From Candidatus Nanoarchaeia archaeon (GTDB lineage: Archaea; Nanobdellota; Nanobdellia; SCGC-AAA011-G17; DATDVL01), in NCBI GenBank assembly GCA_035289925.1, contig DATDVR010000008.1, forward strand, positions 849 to 64,848: DNA of 64,000 nt. Direction: 5' to 3'. A program made the position numbers and the translations under genes. This document shows, piece after piece, positions 56,894 through 64,000 of this stretch. The notes under the pieces are model-generated. The model had not been told where the DNA came from and searched no databases. It saw only the letters and a list, made by a program, of their open reading frames with translations. Within the stretch, counting starts at the first letter, position 1; every line of letters starts with the position of its first letter.

Positions 56894-57588
56894 CTTGTTC
56901 TCATTACTTTTAAATCTATTTCACCATGAGTTGCTTTGTTCAATTCAGAAAACAATTCTTCCTGTATTCCTGCTGGAACTTCAACTATAATCTTCAAGCT
57001 TCCATCATTCATCCATTCTTCATGTAAAACCTTGTACTTTTTAGCTACAGGAAATGCTCTTGCAGAATGCTGTGGTGGCACTATTGCCTGAATTTCTTTT
57101 ACTTCAAATTTTATCGGTATGATTGGCCTTAATTTTCTCAATATTTCTTCAACCTGCTCTTCAGCAGACTTGTTTTCATCTATTTTTACTTTAGCTTCAG
57201 TCATAGCAGCTTCTATTCTTTGAGGAGGATGCGGATATCCAGTCTTAGGATCAACAGCATTTCTATGAATTATGTTTATTACTTGCTTTTTCTTTTCTTC
57301 CCTGTCCTTTGCTAAATGCTTTGTTGTTAGCTGAACATGACCTTCTCTTACAATAATTCTGAAAACATTATCAATGTCTCCTGTTCCAAAAATCTTCTGG
57401 ACATCATGCAAGCTTGCTTTCTCGCCTTTCTTGACATCCTTGAAAACATCGTCTACAGCCACAATGTCTCTTATTGCAACCTGCTTTCCTCTTTTAAATT
57501 CTAAAGCTTTGTCGCAGTCTACTAGAATCTCAAAATGCTGGCCGTTCCTGTCTATTCTTGCTAATACTGCCTTGTCTACATCTACCAT
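56890..57588 (-). CDS. SBDS family ribosome maturation protein
   Basis: AVLARIDRNGQHFEILVDCDKALEFKRGK is typical of archaeal SBDS. The gene sits in its conserved position in the exosome superoperon. Confidence 0.85.
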   Translation of the reverse strand: MVDVDKAVLARIDRNGQHFEILVDCDKALEFKRGKQVAIRDIVAVDDVFKDVKKGEKASLHDVQKIFGTGDIDNVFRIIVREGHVQLTTKHLAKDREEKKKQVINIIHRNAVDPKTGYPHPPQRIEAAMTEAKVKIDENKSAEEQVEEILRKLRPIIPIKFEVKEIQAIVPPQHSARAFPVAKKYKVLHEEWMNDGSLKIIVEVPAGIQEELFSELNKATHGEIDLKVMRTR

Positions 57589-57589
57589 T

Positions 57590-58309
57590 TTACTTTACTT
57601 TAGAAAGCTCTTCCTTTGTGTATCTCTTGAACTGCCTGTCTGCCAGTGTGATGTAAGCTCCGTCAACCCTTTCCATGCTGAAATCTTTTCCTAGAACTTT
57701 CTTTAATGCATTCAATGCTAACTTTAATCCATCATCAAGAGTCATGCTTTCTTTGTACTCCTTGTTTAATATATCTTTAACTTCTGTCTCAGCTTCGCCT
57801 ATTGCTGTTGCTTTGTATTCGAAAAATATTCCTGTTGGGTCTGTCACAAACAACTGTGCACCATCGTTTACCCCTATGAACATCAATGCTACCCCAAATG
57901 GTCTTGCTCCACCTGCTTGTGTATAAACTTGTTTTAAATTGCAGATGTTCTTTACTAAAGATTCTACTTCTATAGGCTCGTCAAATGTAACTCTATGCTG
58001 TTGTGAAACTACTTGTGCTCTTTCAATCAATATTCTTCCGTCAGAAATAATTCCTGAAGCTGTTGCTCCAATATGATCATCAATCTGGAAAACTTTCTCG
58101 ATAGACTTTCCAACTATCAATTTTTCTACTATTCTCTTGTCTGCAAGCAATAAAACACCATCTTTGCATGTAACTCCAATAGCAGTAGTTCCCTGCTTTA
58201 CTGTCCTTTTTGCATATTCTACCTGCAATAATCTTCCATCTGGGCTGAACATTGCTGATGTTCTGTCATAACCCATTGCTTGATGTGACATTTCTGCTGC
58301 TGGTTGCAT
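57590..58309 (-). CDS. psmA: proteasome subunit alpha
   Basis: Contains YDRTSAMFSPDGRLLQVEYAKRTVKQGTTAIGV. Confidence 0.9.
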   Translation of the reverse strand: MQPAAEMSHQAMGYDRTSAMFSPDGRLLQVEYAKRTVKQGTTAIGVTCKDGVLLLADKRIVEKLIVGKSIEKVFQIDDHIGATASGIISDGRILIERAQVVSQQHRVTFDEPIEVESLVKNICNLKQVYTQAGGARPFGVALMFIGVNDGAQLFVTDPTGIFFEYKATAIGEAETEVKDILNKEYKESMTLDDGLKLALNALKKVLGKDFSMERVDGAYITLADRQFKRYTKEELSKVK

Positions 58310-58323
58310 GTTTTATTCCTCCT

Positions 58324-58656
58324 TTAAATGTAATTTTTGGCTTTTTGTATTGAACCTGACAATATCAAAGTTCTTATCAAAACTGCTTCTTTGTTTATAT
58401 TCTTTACTAATATCAATGCTGATCTTAAAATATCTGCATATTTGTTGCTTACCTTCAAGATAGCCTTGTTTCCCTTGGCTTCAACCAAGTCTAAATTAGC
58501 TTTAGAAAGCGTGAATTCGCCTAAAAAATCCTTTATTTTATTGAATAATTCAGTCTTAATTTGAGAGACTTCCAGCTTTTTATCTGCTATAATCTCAAAT
58601 GCTAAGTATCTTTTCTTTTGTCTTAAACTTGGTAATAACGGCTTGATTTTAGCCAC
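58324..58656 (-). CDS. rnp2: RNase P protein component 2 (Pop5)
   Basis: The N-terminus is KPLLPSLRQKKRYLAFEI, from a GTG start. It lies in the conserved position upstream of psmA. Confidence 0.75.
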   Translation of the reverse strand: MAKIKPLLPSLRQKKRYLAFEIIADKKLEVSQIKTELFNKIKDFLGEFTLSKANLDLVEAKGNKAILKVSNKYADILRSALILVKNINKEAVLIRTLILSGSIQKAKNYI

Positions 58657-58807
58657 CTTAAAGAAAAACTCTTTAAATCCGGTTTTCCTTTTCTCGTACT
58701 TAACTACTATAGAATTTGGGTTTATAAAGGTTGCTTTTTTAATAAAAAGCGAAAAATAGATTTTTATAGTTAAAAAATGCTAAATATTAGCAAAAATAAC
58801 CAATAAA

Positions 58808-58815
58808 TTTATAAA
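58808..58815 (+). promoter_or_regulatory. candidate TATA box (TTTATAAA) for the ATPase/RloB pair
   Basis: Lies about 22 nt upstream of the ATG at 58838. This fits a leaderless archaeal transcript. Confidence 0.4.
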
Positions 58816-58837
58816 TAAGAGATTTTATAGATATTAC

Positions 58838-60088
58838 ATGATAATAGAAACTTCAGTTGAAAACTACCTATCCATAAAGGATAAAATTATATTTAGTCTC
58901 GAAAGTAGTTCTAGCAAGAGGCTTCTAGATAATTTAATAAAGGTTGATGAAAAAACAAACATACTTAAATCTGCAGCAATATACGGTGCAAACTCTTCTG
59001 GCAAATCTAATTTTATTAAATCGCTATTCTTTATATGGTATATGGTTAAAAACTCTCATAACCTTAATATAGATGCAAAAATTCCAAGAGTTCCTTTTAA
59101 ATTAAATGATATTTTTTTAAGGAAACCTAGTAAATTTGAGCTTATTTTTATCTACAATAATATAAAATACCAATATGGATTCTCTTGCAATGAGCAAGAA
59201 TTCATTGAAGAATACTTATTCTACTGGCCAAAGGGTAGAAAAGCGCAAATATTTCATAGAAAAAACACAACGGAATATAATTTTAAAATAGATAGGAAAA
59301 GGCAAGAACTTATAAAAAGTCAGATGAATAAAAATGTACTTTACTTATCTAGAGCCACACAATTAGGCTACGATAAAACAAAAGACGTCTACAATTTTAT
59401 TATTAATAGTATAGTAATAAATTATAGCCCTATTTGGGCGGATTTTACAATAAAAAAGATTCATGAAGACGAAAAAGTTAAGCAGATGGTTATTGAAGTA
59501 TTACAAAAAGCCGATTTTGGGGGAATACAAGGTATAAGAATAAATAAAGAAAAAAAGAAGTTTAAAGGAGTTGAATTAAAATTAGATAAAAGAGGAACGT
59601 ACTTAAATCCAATTCCTATAGAAGAAAAAGAAGAAGATTTTTATGACATAAAATTTTTACATTCCAACGAGCACGGAAAAGAAGTTGAATTAAATTATCA
59701 AGAAGAGTCCGAAGGCACAAAAAAGACATTAGCTATGCTAGGCTGGATATTTGATATTCTTCAAAATGGTAAAACAGTTTTTATAGATGAAATAGAAGCA
59801 AGCCTACATCCAAATATAATAAAATTTCTTGTTAAGATGTTTAACAATAAAAATAACAAAAAAGCTCAATTAGTATTTACTACTCACAATACAAATTTGC
59901 TCGACAATCAATTATTTAGAAGAGATCAAATTTATATTTGCACAAAAGAGCCAAATAAAAATACCTTAATGAATTCATTTTTAGATTATGAACTAAGAGA
60001 GGGGGTAGATTTTGAAAAAGCATACCTAGATGGCAGAGTTGGCGGTCTCCCATTCATAGATGAAACTTTTTTTGATCAAAAATGGTGA
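58838..60088 (+). CDS. AAA_21/ABC-like ATPase (AbiLi / RloA-like)
   Basis: Carries Walker A (IYGANSSGKSNF) and Walker B with the LHP motif (VFIDEIEASLHP). FTTHN follows. Confidence 0.8.
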   Translation: MIIETSVENYLSIKDKIIFSLESSSSKRLLDNLIKVDEKTNILKSAAIYGANSSGKSNFIKSLFFIWYMVKNSHNLNIDAKIPRVPFKLNDIFLRKPSKFELIFIYNNIKYQYGFSCNEQEFIEEYLFYWPKGRKAQIFHRKNTTEYNFKIDRKRQELIKSQMNKNVLYLSRATQLGYDKTKDVYNFIINSIVINYSPIWADFTIKKIHEDEKVKQMVIEVLQKADFGGIQGIRINKEKKKFKGVELKLDKRGTYLNPIPIEEKEEDFYDIKFLHSNEHGKEVELNYQEESEGTKKTLAMLGWIFDILQNGKTVFIDEIEASLHPNIIKFLVKMFNNKNNKKAQLVFTTHNTNLLDNQLFRRDQIYICTKEPNKNTLMNSFLDYELREGVDFEKAYLDGRVGGLPFIDETFFDQKW

Positions 60089-60678
60089 GAAAAAATGGGC
60101 ATAAGTCAACAAAAAATCTATGGATTTTTTGTGAAGGTAGAACTGAAAAGAACTATTTTAATAAATTGAAATATATTGATAGGATAAGAAGATTAGTAAT
60201 TAAAGCTATAGATGTCACTCATAATAGTGCAGATGGTATAGTAAAAGAAGCAATTAATTTTAAAGAAAAGCATAATAATTTTCAAGAAGATGATATAATT
60301 ATATGTGTTTTTGATAGAGATCAAAATAATAGAGAACAACTAATTAAAGCAAAGTCTCTAGCTGATCAAAGAGATATCAAACTAGTCTTTTCTAATCCTT
60401 GTTTTGAATATTGGATTTTATGTCATTATGGCCATTTTCCAAATCAACAAGAAAAGCAAGAAATAGAGAGGAAAATACTCCGATACTTGGGAAATTATAT
60501 AACTAATGATCCAGACTTATATATTAAAACTAGAGGTAAAATTCAAGAAGCAGTTAAAAATTCTAAAAAGATGTTTAACCAACATATCAGAAATAGAACT
60601 CAAATAATAAGCAGAGAGAGCAATCCATTGACACTTATGTTTGAATTAATTGATTTAATCAATTCTTTTAAAAACTGA
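60082..60678 (+). CDS. RloB-like (AbiLii) Toprim-like protein
   Basis: Contains LWIFCEGRTEKNYF, VFDRDQ and FSNPCFEYWILCHYG, which are the RloB family signatures. It overlaps the ATPase gene by 7 nt. Confidence 0.8.
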   Translation: MVRKNGHKSTKNLWIFCEGRTEKNYFNKLKYIDRIRRLVIKAIDVTHNSADGIVKEAINFKEKHNNFQEDDIIICVFDRDQNNREQLIKAKSLADQRDIKLVFSNPCFEYWILCHYGHFPNQQEKQEIERKILRYLGNYITNDPDLYIKTRGKIQEAVKNSKKMFNQHIRNRTQIISRESNPLTLMFELIDLINSFKN

Positions 60679-60688
60679 ATAAAAGTTT

Positions 60689-61183
60689 TTAATAAACTTC
60701 AACGTCTCTCTTTTTCTTCTCAAAATTCAAGGCTTTCTTGACTTCAGAGCCAGTCATTCCAATAACTTTCCCGAAAGCAATCAAATCTTTAGCACTTCTC
60801 ATCTCAAATTTGTTCTTGGCACCAGAAAATAAAGCCATTCTTACTTTGTATTTTCTGCATAATTTGACATTCTGCATCATTCTTCCAATTATCTTTTGTT
60901 TATTATCAGAATTCAAAGCTAAATTGAAGTCAAATCCGATTGCTATCTTGTTTTCGCTTGCTTCCTTGCATATTACCTGATTCAATCCAGAGCTTCTTGC
61001 ATTCAGCTTGTCCTTTTTTTTGTAATTTTCAACTCCAGTTATAATATCAACATTGAAATTAGAAGCAGTCTTTATTATCTTGTCTTCATCAGCAGTCTCA
61101 AAAATTTTAAAATCTTTGAAAGTGTAAATTTTAGAAAAACCTAAGTTGAACATGCTTCCTTGAAATCTTACAATGTCTATCAT
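60689..61183 (-). CDS. rnp3: RNase P protein component 3 (Rpp30-like), short form
   Basis: Contains DIITGVE...LNQVICKEASENKIAIGFDFNL...KYKVRMALFSGAKNKFEMRSAKDLIAFGKVIGM. This resembles the C-terminal two thirds of Rpp30. Confidence 0.55.
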   Translation of the reverse strand: MIDIVRFQGSMFNLGFSKIYTFKDFKIFETADEDKIIKTASNFNVDIITGVENYKKKDKLNARSSGLNQVICKEASENKIAIGFDFNLALNSDNKQKIIGRMMQNVKLCRKYKVRMALFSGAKNKFEMRSAKDLIAFGKVIGMTGSEVKKALNFEKKKRDVEVY

Positions 61184-61659
61184 TTGTATTTTGAAAACTT
61201 AAAACCTTTTAAGCCTTTGCTAGTGTCAACAACTATTATATTATGGTTATTTTTTGCAGCTTCAAACAAGCAGACATCAAATATCTCTGCATCCATGTTC
61301 TCCCTTATCTTTAATTTGTTGTAATGCCTCTTTTCAAGCCTTTTCTTCAATGTTTTTAAATTGCATTTAGTAACAAAACAATAGTCTACTTTAGAAGACG
61401 GTAGATAATGGCTTAGATGGCTGTCAATTACAATGCTTTTCTTGCTTTCCTTTATTATTTTCAGTAAAAATTTATTTGATTTGTTGACATCAACTTCATA
61501 AGTATCAAATTTTTTATTGTATTTTGAGTAAATTTTATTTTTTTTAAGCAAATTGTTAACATCAACATATTCTGCTTTGGCTTGCCTGGAAATTAATTTA
61601 GCAAGGGTTGTTTTTCCTGTTCCAACAGATCCGCTTACTGCAATTACAAATTTATGCAT
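61180..61659 (-). CDS. Fap7 / adenylate kinase 6-like nucleoside kinase
   Basis: Has the P-loop VSGSVGTGKTTLAK. Also contains VIDSHLSHYLP...VDYCFVTKCNLKTLKKRLEKRHYNKLKIRENMDAEIFDVCLFEA. Confidence 0.7.
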   Translation of the reverse strand: MHKFVIAVSGSVGTGKTTLAKLISRQAKAEYVDVNNLLKKNKIYSKYNKKFDTYEVDVNKSNKFLLKIIKESKKSIVIDSHLSHYLPSSKVDYCFVTKCNLKTLKKRLEKRHYNKLKIRENMDAEIFDVCLFEAAKNNHNIIVVDTSKGLKGFKFSKYK

Positions 61660-61660
61660 A

Positions 61661-61939
61661 TTAAGACTTCCTCAAATAAATCTGATCATGATGATCAAAA
61701 TCAACAAACACAATTTTATTTTCAGATTCAATAAATTTAAAAACTAAAACAAAAGAACCGCCAACATGGACTCTTTTTTTATCTTTTAAATCATATCTAA
61801 GATTCTTGTAATGTTCTACATCTGCAGAATTAATAACTTCATCAATCTTTTTTATTGCAGATTCGTAAAGAACTTTATCCCTTTTATATAATTTTTCTAA
61901 TATCTTCTGCAAAGATGGGAGGATTTCGTAAGAATACAA
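61661..61939 (-). CDS. RelE/ParE-superfamily type II toxin
   Basis: 92 aa. The pattern ...LEKLYKRDK..YESAIKKIDEVI.....YKNLRYDLKDKKRVHVGGSFVLVFKFIESENKIVFVDFDHHDQIY is the typical RelE/YoeB-like layout. Confidence 0.6.
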   Translation of the reverse strand: MYSYEILPSLQKILEKLYKRDKVLYESAIKKIDEVINSADVEHYKNLRYDLKDKKRVHVGGSFVLVFKFIESENKIVFVDFDHHDQIYLRKS

Positions 61940-61941
61940 AA

Positions 61942-62181
61942 CTATCCCTCTATTATTTTTCTTAATTCTTTAATATTCTTAAAAGGTATCCCTTTTTCTT
62001 TTTCAAGCTTTTTTAGCTTTACGATATATTCGGGCCTTAATTCAGGTTCGAGCATTTCTTCTCCATATTCCTCAACGACTCTAGTTATTGCTTCGCTTTT
62101 AGTTTTTAGCTTATATTTGGCCTTCACAATATTTAAAACATGATTCACTTTCTCTGGTATTTCTATTATCGCTTGTACCAT
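61942..62181 (-). CDS. antitoxin-like protein (partner of the RelE-like toxin)
   Basis: 79 aa, ending 2 nt upstream of the toxin gene. It contains VNHVLNIVKAKYKLKTKSEAITRVVEEY, a ribbon-helix-helix-like or DUF2683-like segment. Confidence 0.5.
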   Translation of the reverse strand: MVQAIIEIPEKVNHVLNIVKAKYKLKTKSEAITRVVEEYGEEMLEPELRPEYIVKLKKLEKEKGIPFKNIKELRKIIEG

Positions 62182-62235
62182 TTTAACTCCATATTAATAC
62201 AATATTAATATCATATTAATATATAAAGCTTTCTA

Positions 62236-62382
62236 TTAAGGAGATAAGAACTCTTTGATTCTGCCTTTTTTAACATCATCAAAACTTAGCTTTAGTCTGA
62301 CTATAGCATCGTCAGCTATCTCTTCTTTTCTCTTTAATTTTTCATATTCTTTTTTTGTAATGGTAATAGTCTCTTGCTTCAT
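62236..62382 (-). CDS. possible small antitoxin-like protein (48 aa)
   Basis: Below the ORF-track cut-off. It translates MKQETITITKKEYEKLKRKEEIADDAIVRLKLSFDDVKKGRIKEFLSP. Confidence 0.3.
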   Translation of the reverse strand: MKQETITITKKEYEKLKRKEEIADDAIVRLKLSFDDVKKGRIKEFLSP

Positions 62383-62444
62383 AATTTAAAATAATAATCT
62401 TTTCTTTATATACTTTTCTGTGAATTATCCGTAAAATTTTCGGT

Positions 62445-63122
62445 TTATGCTATGACAGTTCCTTTGTACTTCTTTCCTTTCAAGAAGTTTTCAAAATTGC
62501 CCATGTTCTTATTTAAAATAAATGTTTTAACTTTCTTTTTCATGGCAATGTCTGCAGCCTTATGATCCAAAACAAAGTGCAGTCCAGCTTCATATTTTAT
62601 CTTCATTATAATTTTATGGAAATCTTTGTAAGATATCTTGCTTATTAATTGTGCATCCCAATGTTTTTTTGGATCTTTATCATATAATCCATCAACATCA
62701 GTCAGATTAACAAAAGGAGCTTTAAAATGCGCAGCAATCTCAGCAGCAACAGCATCAGAAGTCTGGTCTTCCTCGTATCTTAATGCGCCGCAAAACACAA
62801 TCTTGTCTTTTTTTATCAAGTTTCCAATCTCTTTTATTGTAGTTGGAAGTTTTTTATTAGCATAATTTTTGAAAAGCTCCATCAAAAACCTTGCATGGAA
62901 TCTTGTTATAGCAATTCCAGCTAGACATTGTATCTTATTGCTCAGTCCATCTGCTCTTAAAGCTTTAATATATCTTCTTGCAGTAGCTCCTCCGCCAGTA
63001 ACAATGATGAATTTTAATTTTTTCTGCTTAGTTAAAGTCTCTCTAAATTCTTTCAAGAAATTATAATCAACATCATCAGGATTTATTATGCTTCCTCCTA
63101 AAGATATCACAATCAGTTTCAT
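62445..63122 (-). CDS. pyrH: UMP kinase (archaeal type)
   Basis: Contains MKLIVISLGGSIINPD...IIVTGGGATARRYI and AGIAITRFHA. The length of 225 aa is typical of archaeal PyrH. Confidence 0.8.
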   Translation of the reverse strand: MKLIVISLGGSIINPDDVDYNFLKEFRETLTKQKKLKFIIVTGGGATARRYIKALRADGLSNKIQCLAGIAITRFHARFLMELFKNYANKKLPTTIKEIGNLIKKDKIVFCGALRYEEDQTSDAVAAEIAAHFKAPFVNLTDVDGLYDKDPKKHWDAQLISKISYKDFHKIIMKIKYEAGLHFVLDHKAADIAMKKKVKTFILNKNMGNFENFLKGKKYKGTVIA

Positions 63123-63134
63123 TTATACCTCTTT

Positions 63135-63437
63135 TTATTTATCGTCAACAGTAAATAATCTTGAATCGTGAACGTCAAATATGCCTATTTTTGCTCCAGC
63201 ATCAAGCCATCCATGGGCATAATTCAATGCAGCAAAGGCAGTGACAATGTTTCCTTTTTCCTTGAAGTGCTTGGCATCAGATAAATACCTTTCAACCATG
63301 TCAACAAAGTCCTTCCTTGTCTGTTCTCCTATATCAAGGTTTTCATGGCTTTCTTTTGCCTTTTTCAGAGCTTCTTCAGTCACAGAAAAGTACTTTTCAA
63401 GCTTCTCATTGCTTATGTTATTCCCCTCTAAAACCAT
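63135..63437 (-). CDS. DUF357 family protein
   Basis: Contains YLSDAKHFKEKGNIVTAFAALNYAHGWLDAGAKIG. Confidence 0.7.
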   Translation of the reverse strand: MVLEGNNISNEKLEKYFSVTEEALKKAKESHENLDIGEQTRKDFVDMVERYLSDAKHFKEKGNIVTAFAALNYAHGWLDAGAKIGIFDVHDSRLFTVDDK

Positions 63438-63572
63438 GATATAATACTGATTAAAGACCTTTAAGAAGTTTTTGCTTTGTTTAAAAAAATCAATTATATA
63501 CTAACTCAAGAATAGTAGCATTCATTTTTATACCCAAAAAACAGCTGTAAAAGCAATAAAGGAGGTATTATT

Positions 63573-63728
63573 ATGAAAGATGGAGACAGTAAGACATGGG
63601 GCTGGATAATCCTAATAGTAGGTGTAATCTACTTACTTCAGGACTTGGGATCAGCAGCTTGGTGGCCATTTAGTTGGTACACATCGCTATTTGTAATAGC
63701 AGGTCTTAAGTGGGCTTTCGCAAAGTAA
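63573..63728 (+). CDS. small membrane protein (51 aa)
   Basis: A strong AAGGAGGT Shine-Dalgarno sequence lies 7 nt upstream of the ATG. It translates MKDGDSKTWGWIILIVGVIYLLQDLGSAAWWPFSWYTSLFVIAGLKWAFAK. Confidence 0.5.
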   Translation: MKDGDSKTWGWIILIVGVIYLLQDLGSAAWWPFSWYTSLFVIAGLKWAFAK

Positions 63729-63783
63729 GCCCTTTTTCTTATTTTTGATAAGTTTTAAATACTTAGGTCTTTAAATCAGATTT

Positions 63784-64000
63784 ATGAATCCAACAATGCC
63801 AAAAGTTTTGGTCGGTTGTCCAACATATGACGGCATGGATTACTGCTTGGAAAGATATGTTAAGGCCGTAAAGAATCTGAGCTATCCAAATTATGATGTT
63901 TTGCTTATTGATAATTCCAAAGACGATAAATATGCAGAAAAGATAAAGAAATTAGGCCTGAAGGTAGTTCACATTTCAAGAGATTTAGAGCCAAAAAAGC
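63784..64000 (+). CDS. glycosyltransferase family 2-like protein; the C-terminus runs off the window
   Basis: The N-terminus is MNPTMPKVLVGCPTYDGMDYCLERYVKAVKNLSYPNYDVLLIDNS. Confidence 0.55.
   Translation, partial: MNPTMPKVLVGCPTYDGMDYCLERYVKAVKNLSYPNYDVLLIDNSKDDKYAEKIKKLGLKVVHISRDLEPKK

Noticed and set aside
1-64000. CRISPR arrays, rRNA genes, transposases or integrases
   Set aside because: I looked for regularly spaced direct repeats and for DDE or tyrosine-recombinase-like ORFs on both strands and saw none. The only repeats are paralogous gene segments.

Overview
This is an AT-rich archaeal chromosomal segment. The evidence is archaeal RNA polymerase subunits H and K, the exosome/proteasome/RNase P superoperon, intron-containing tRNAs and class III signal-peptide pilins. 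The gene content suggests a small-genome, surface-attached (DPANN-like) archaeon, but that is inference.

Housekeeping blocks:
- rpoH (partial) and three intron-containing tRNAs, 1-2387.
- mre11-rad50, 3916-7139.
- RNase J plus an ABC-2 exporter, 22463-26275.
- rps2, rpoK, rrp42, rrp41, rrp4, SBDS, psmA and pop5, 52364-58656.
- rpp30, fap7, pyrH and a DUF357 gene, 60689-63437.

More than half of the window is accessory. It forms two long co-directional minus-strand arrays (7204-21423 and 29148-38394). They encode giant Asn-rich secreted proteins (LamG, CARDB, FG-GAP, Cys-rich and S-layer-like domains). Interleaved with these are repeated cassettes in which a small polytopic membrane protein is translationally coupled to a secreted hydrolase. 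The hydrolase is either GxSxG lipase-like or zinc phospholipase-C-like, and truncated, mosaic orphan copies are present.

An Epd/Tad-like archaeal type IV pilus locus lies at 39502-49203. It has three tandem major pilins, five divergently transcribed pilin-like genes, an ATPase, a split platform and a KaiC/ArlH-like ATPase. A fourth pilin is coupled by stop/start overlaps into an MNT-HEPN-pilin-DUF192 operon at 29148-30899.

Defence and toxin-antitoxin content:
- An AbiL-like AAA ATPase + RloB pair inserted between pop5 and rpp30.
- A RelE-like toxin-antitoxin pair.
- A retropepsin-like gene interrupted by an in-frame TAA one codon before its DTGS active site.

No CRISPR array, rRNA, transposase or integrase was seen. 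All calls come from reading the sequence and ORF translations by eye. No searches or statistics were run.
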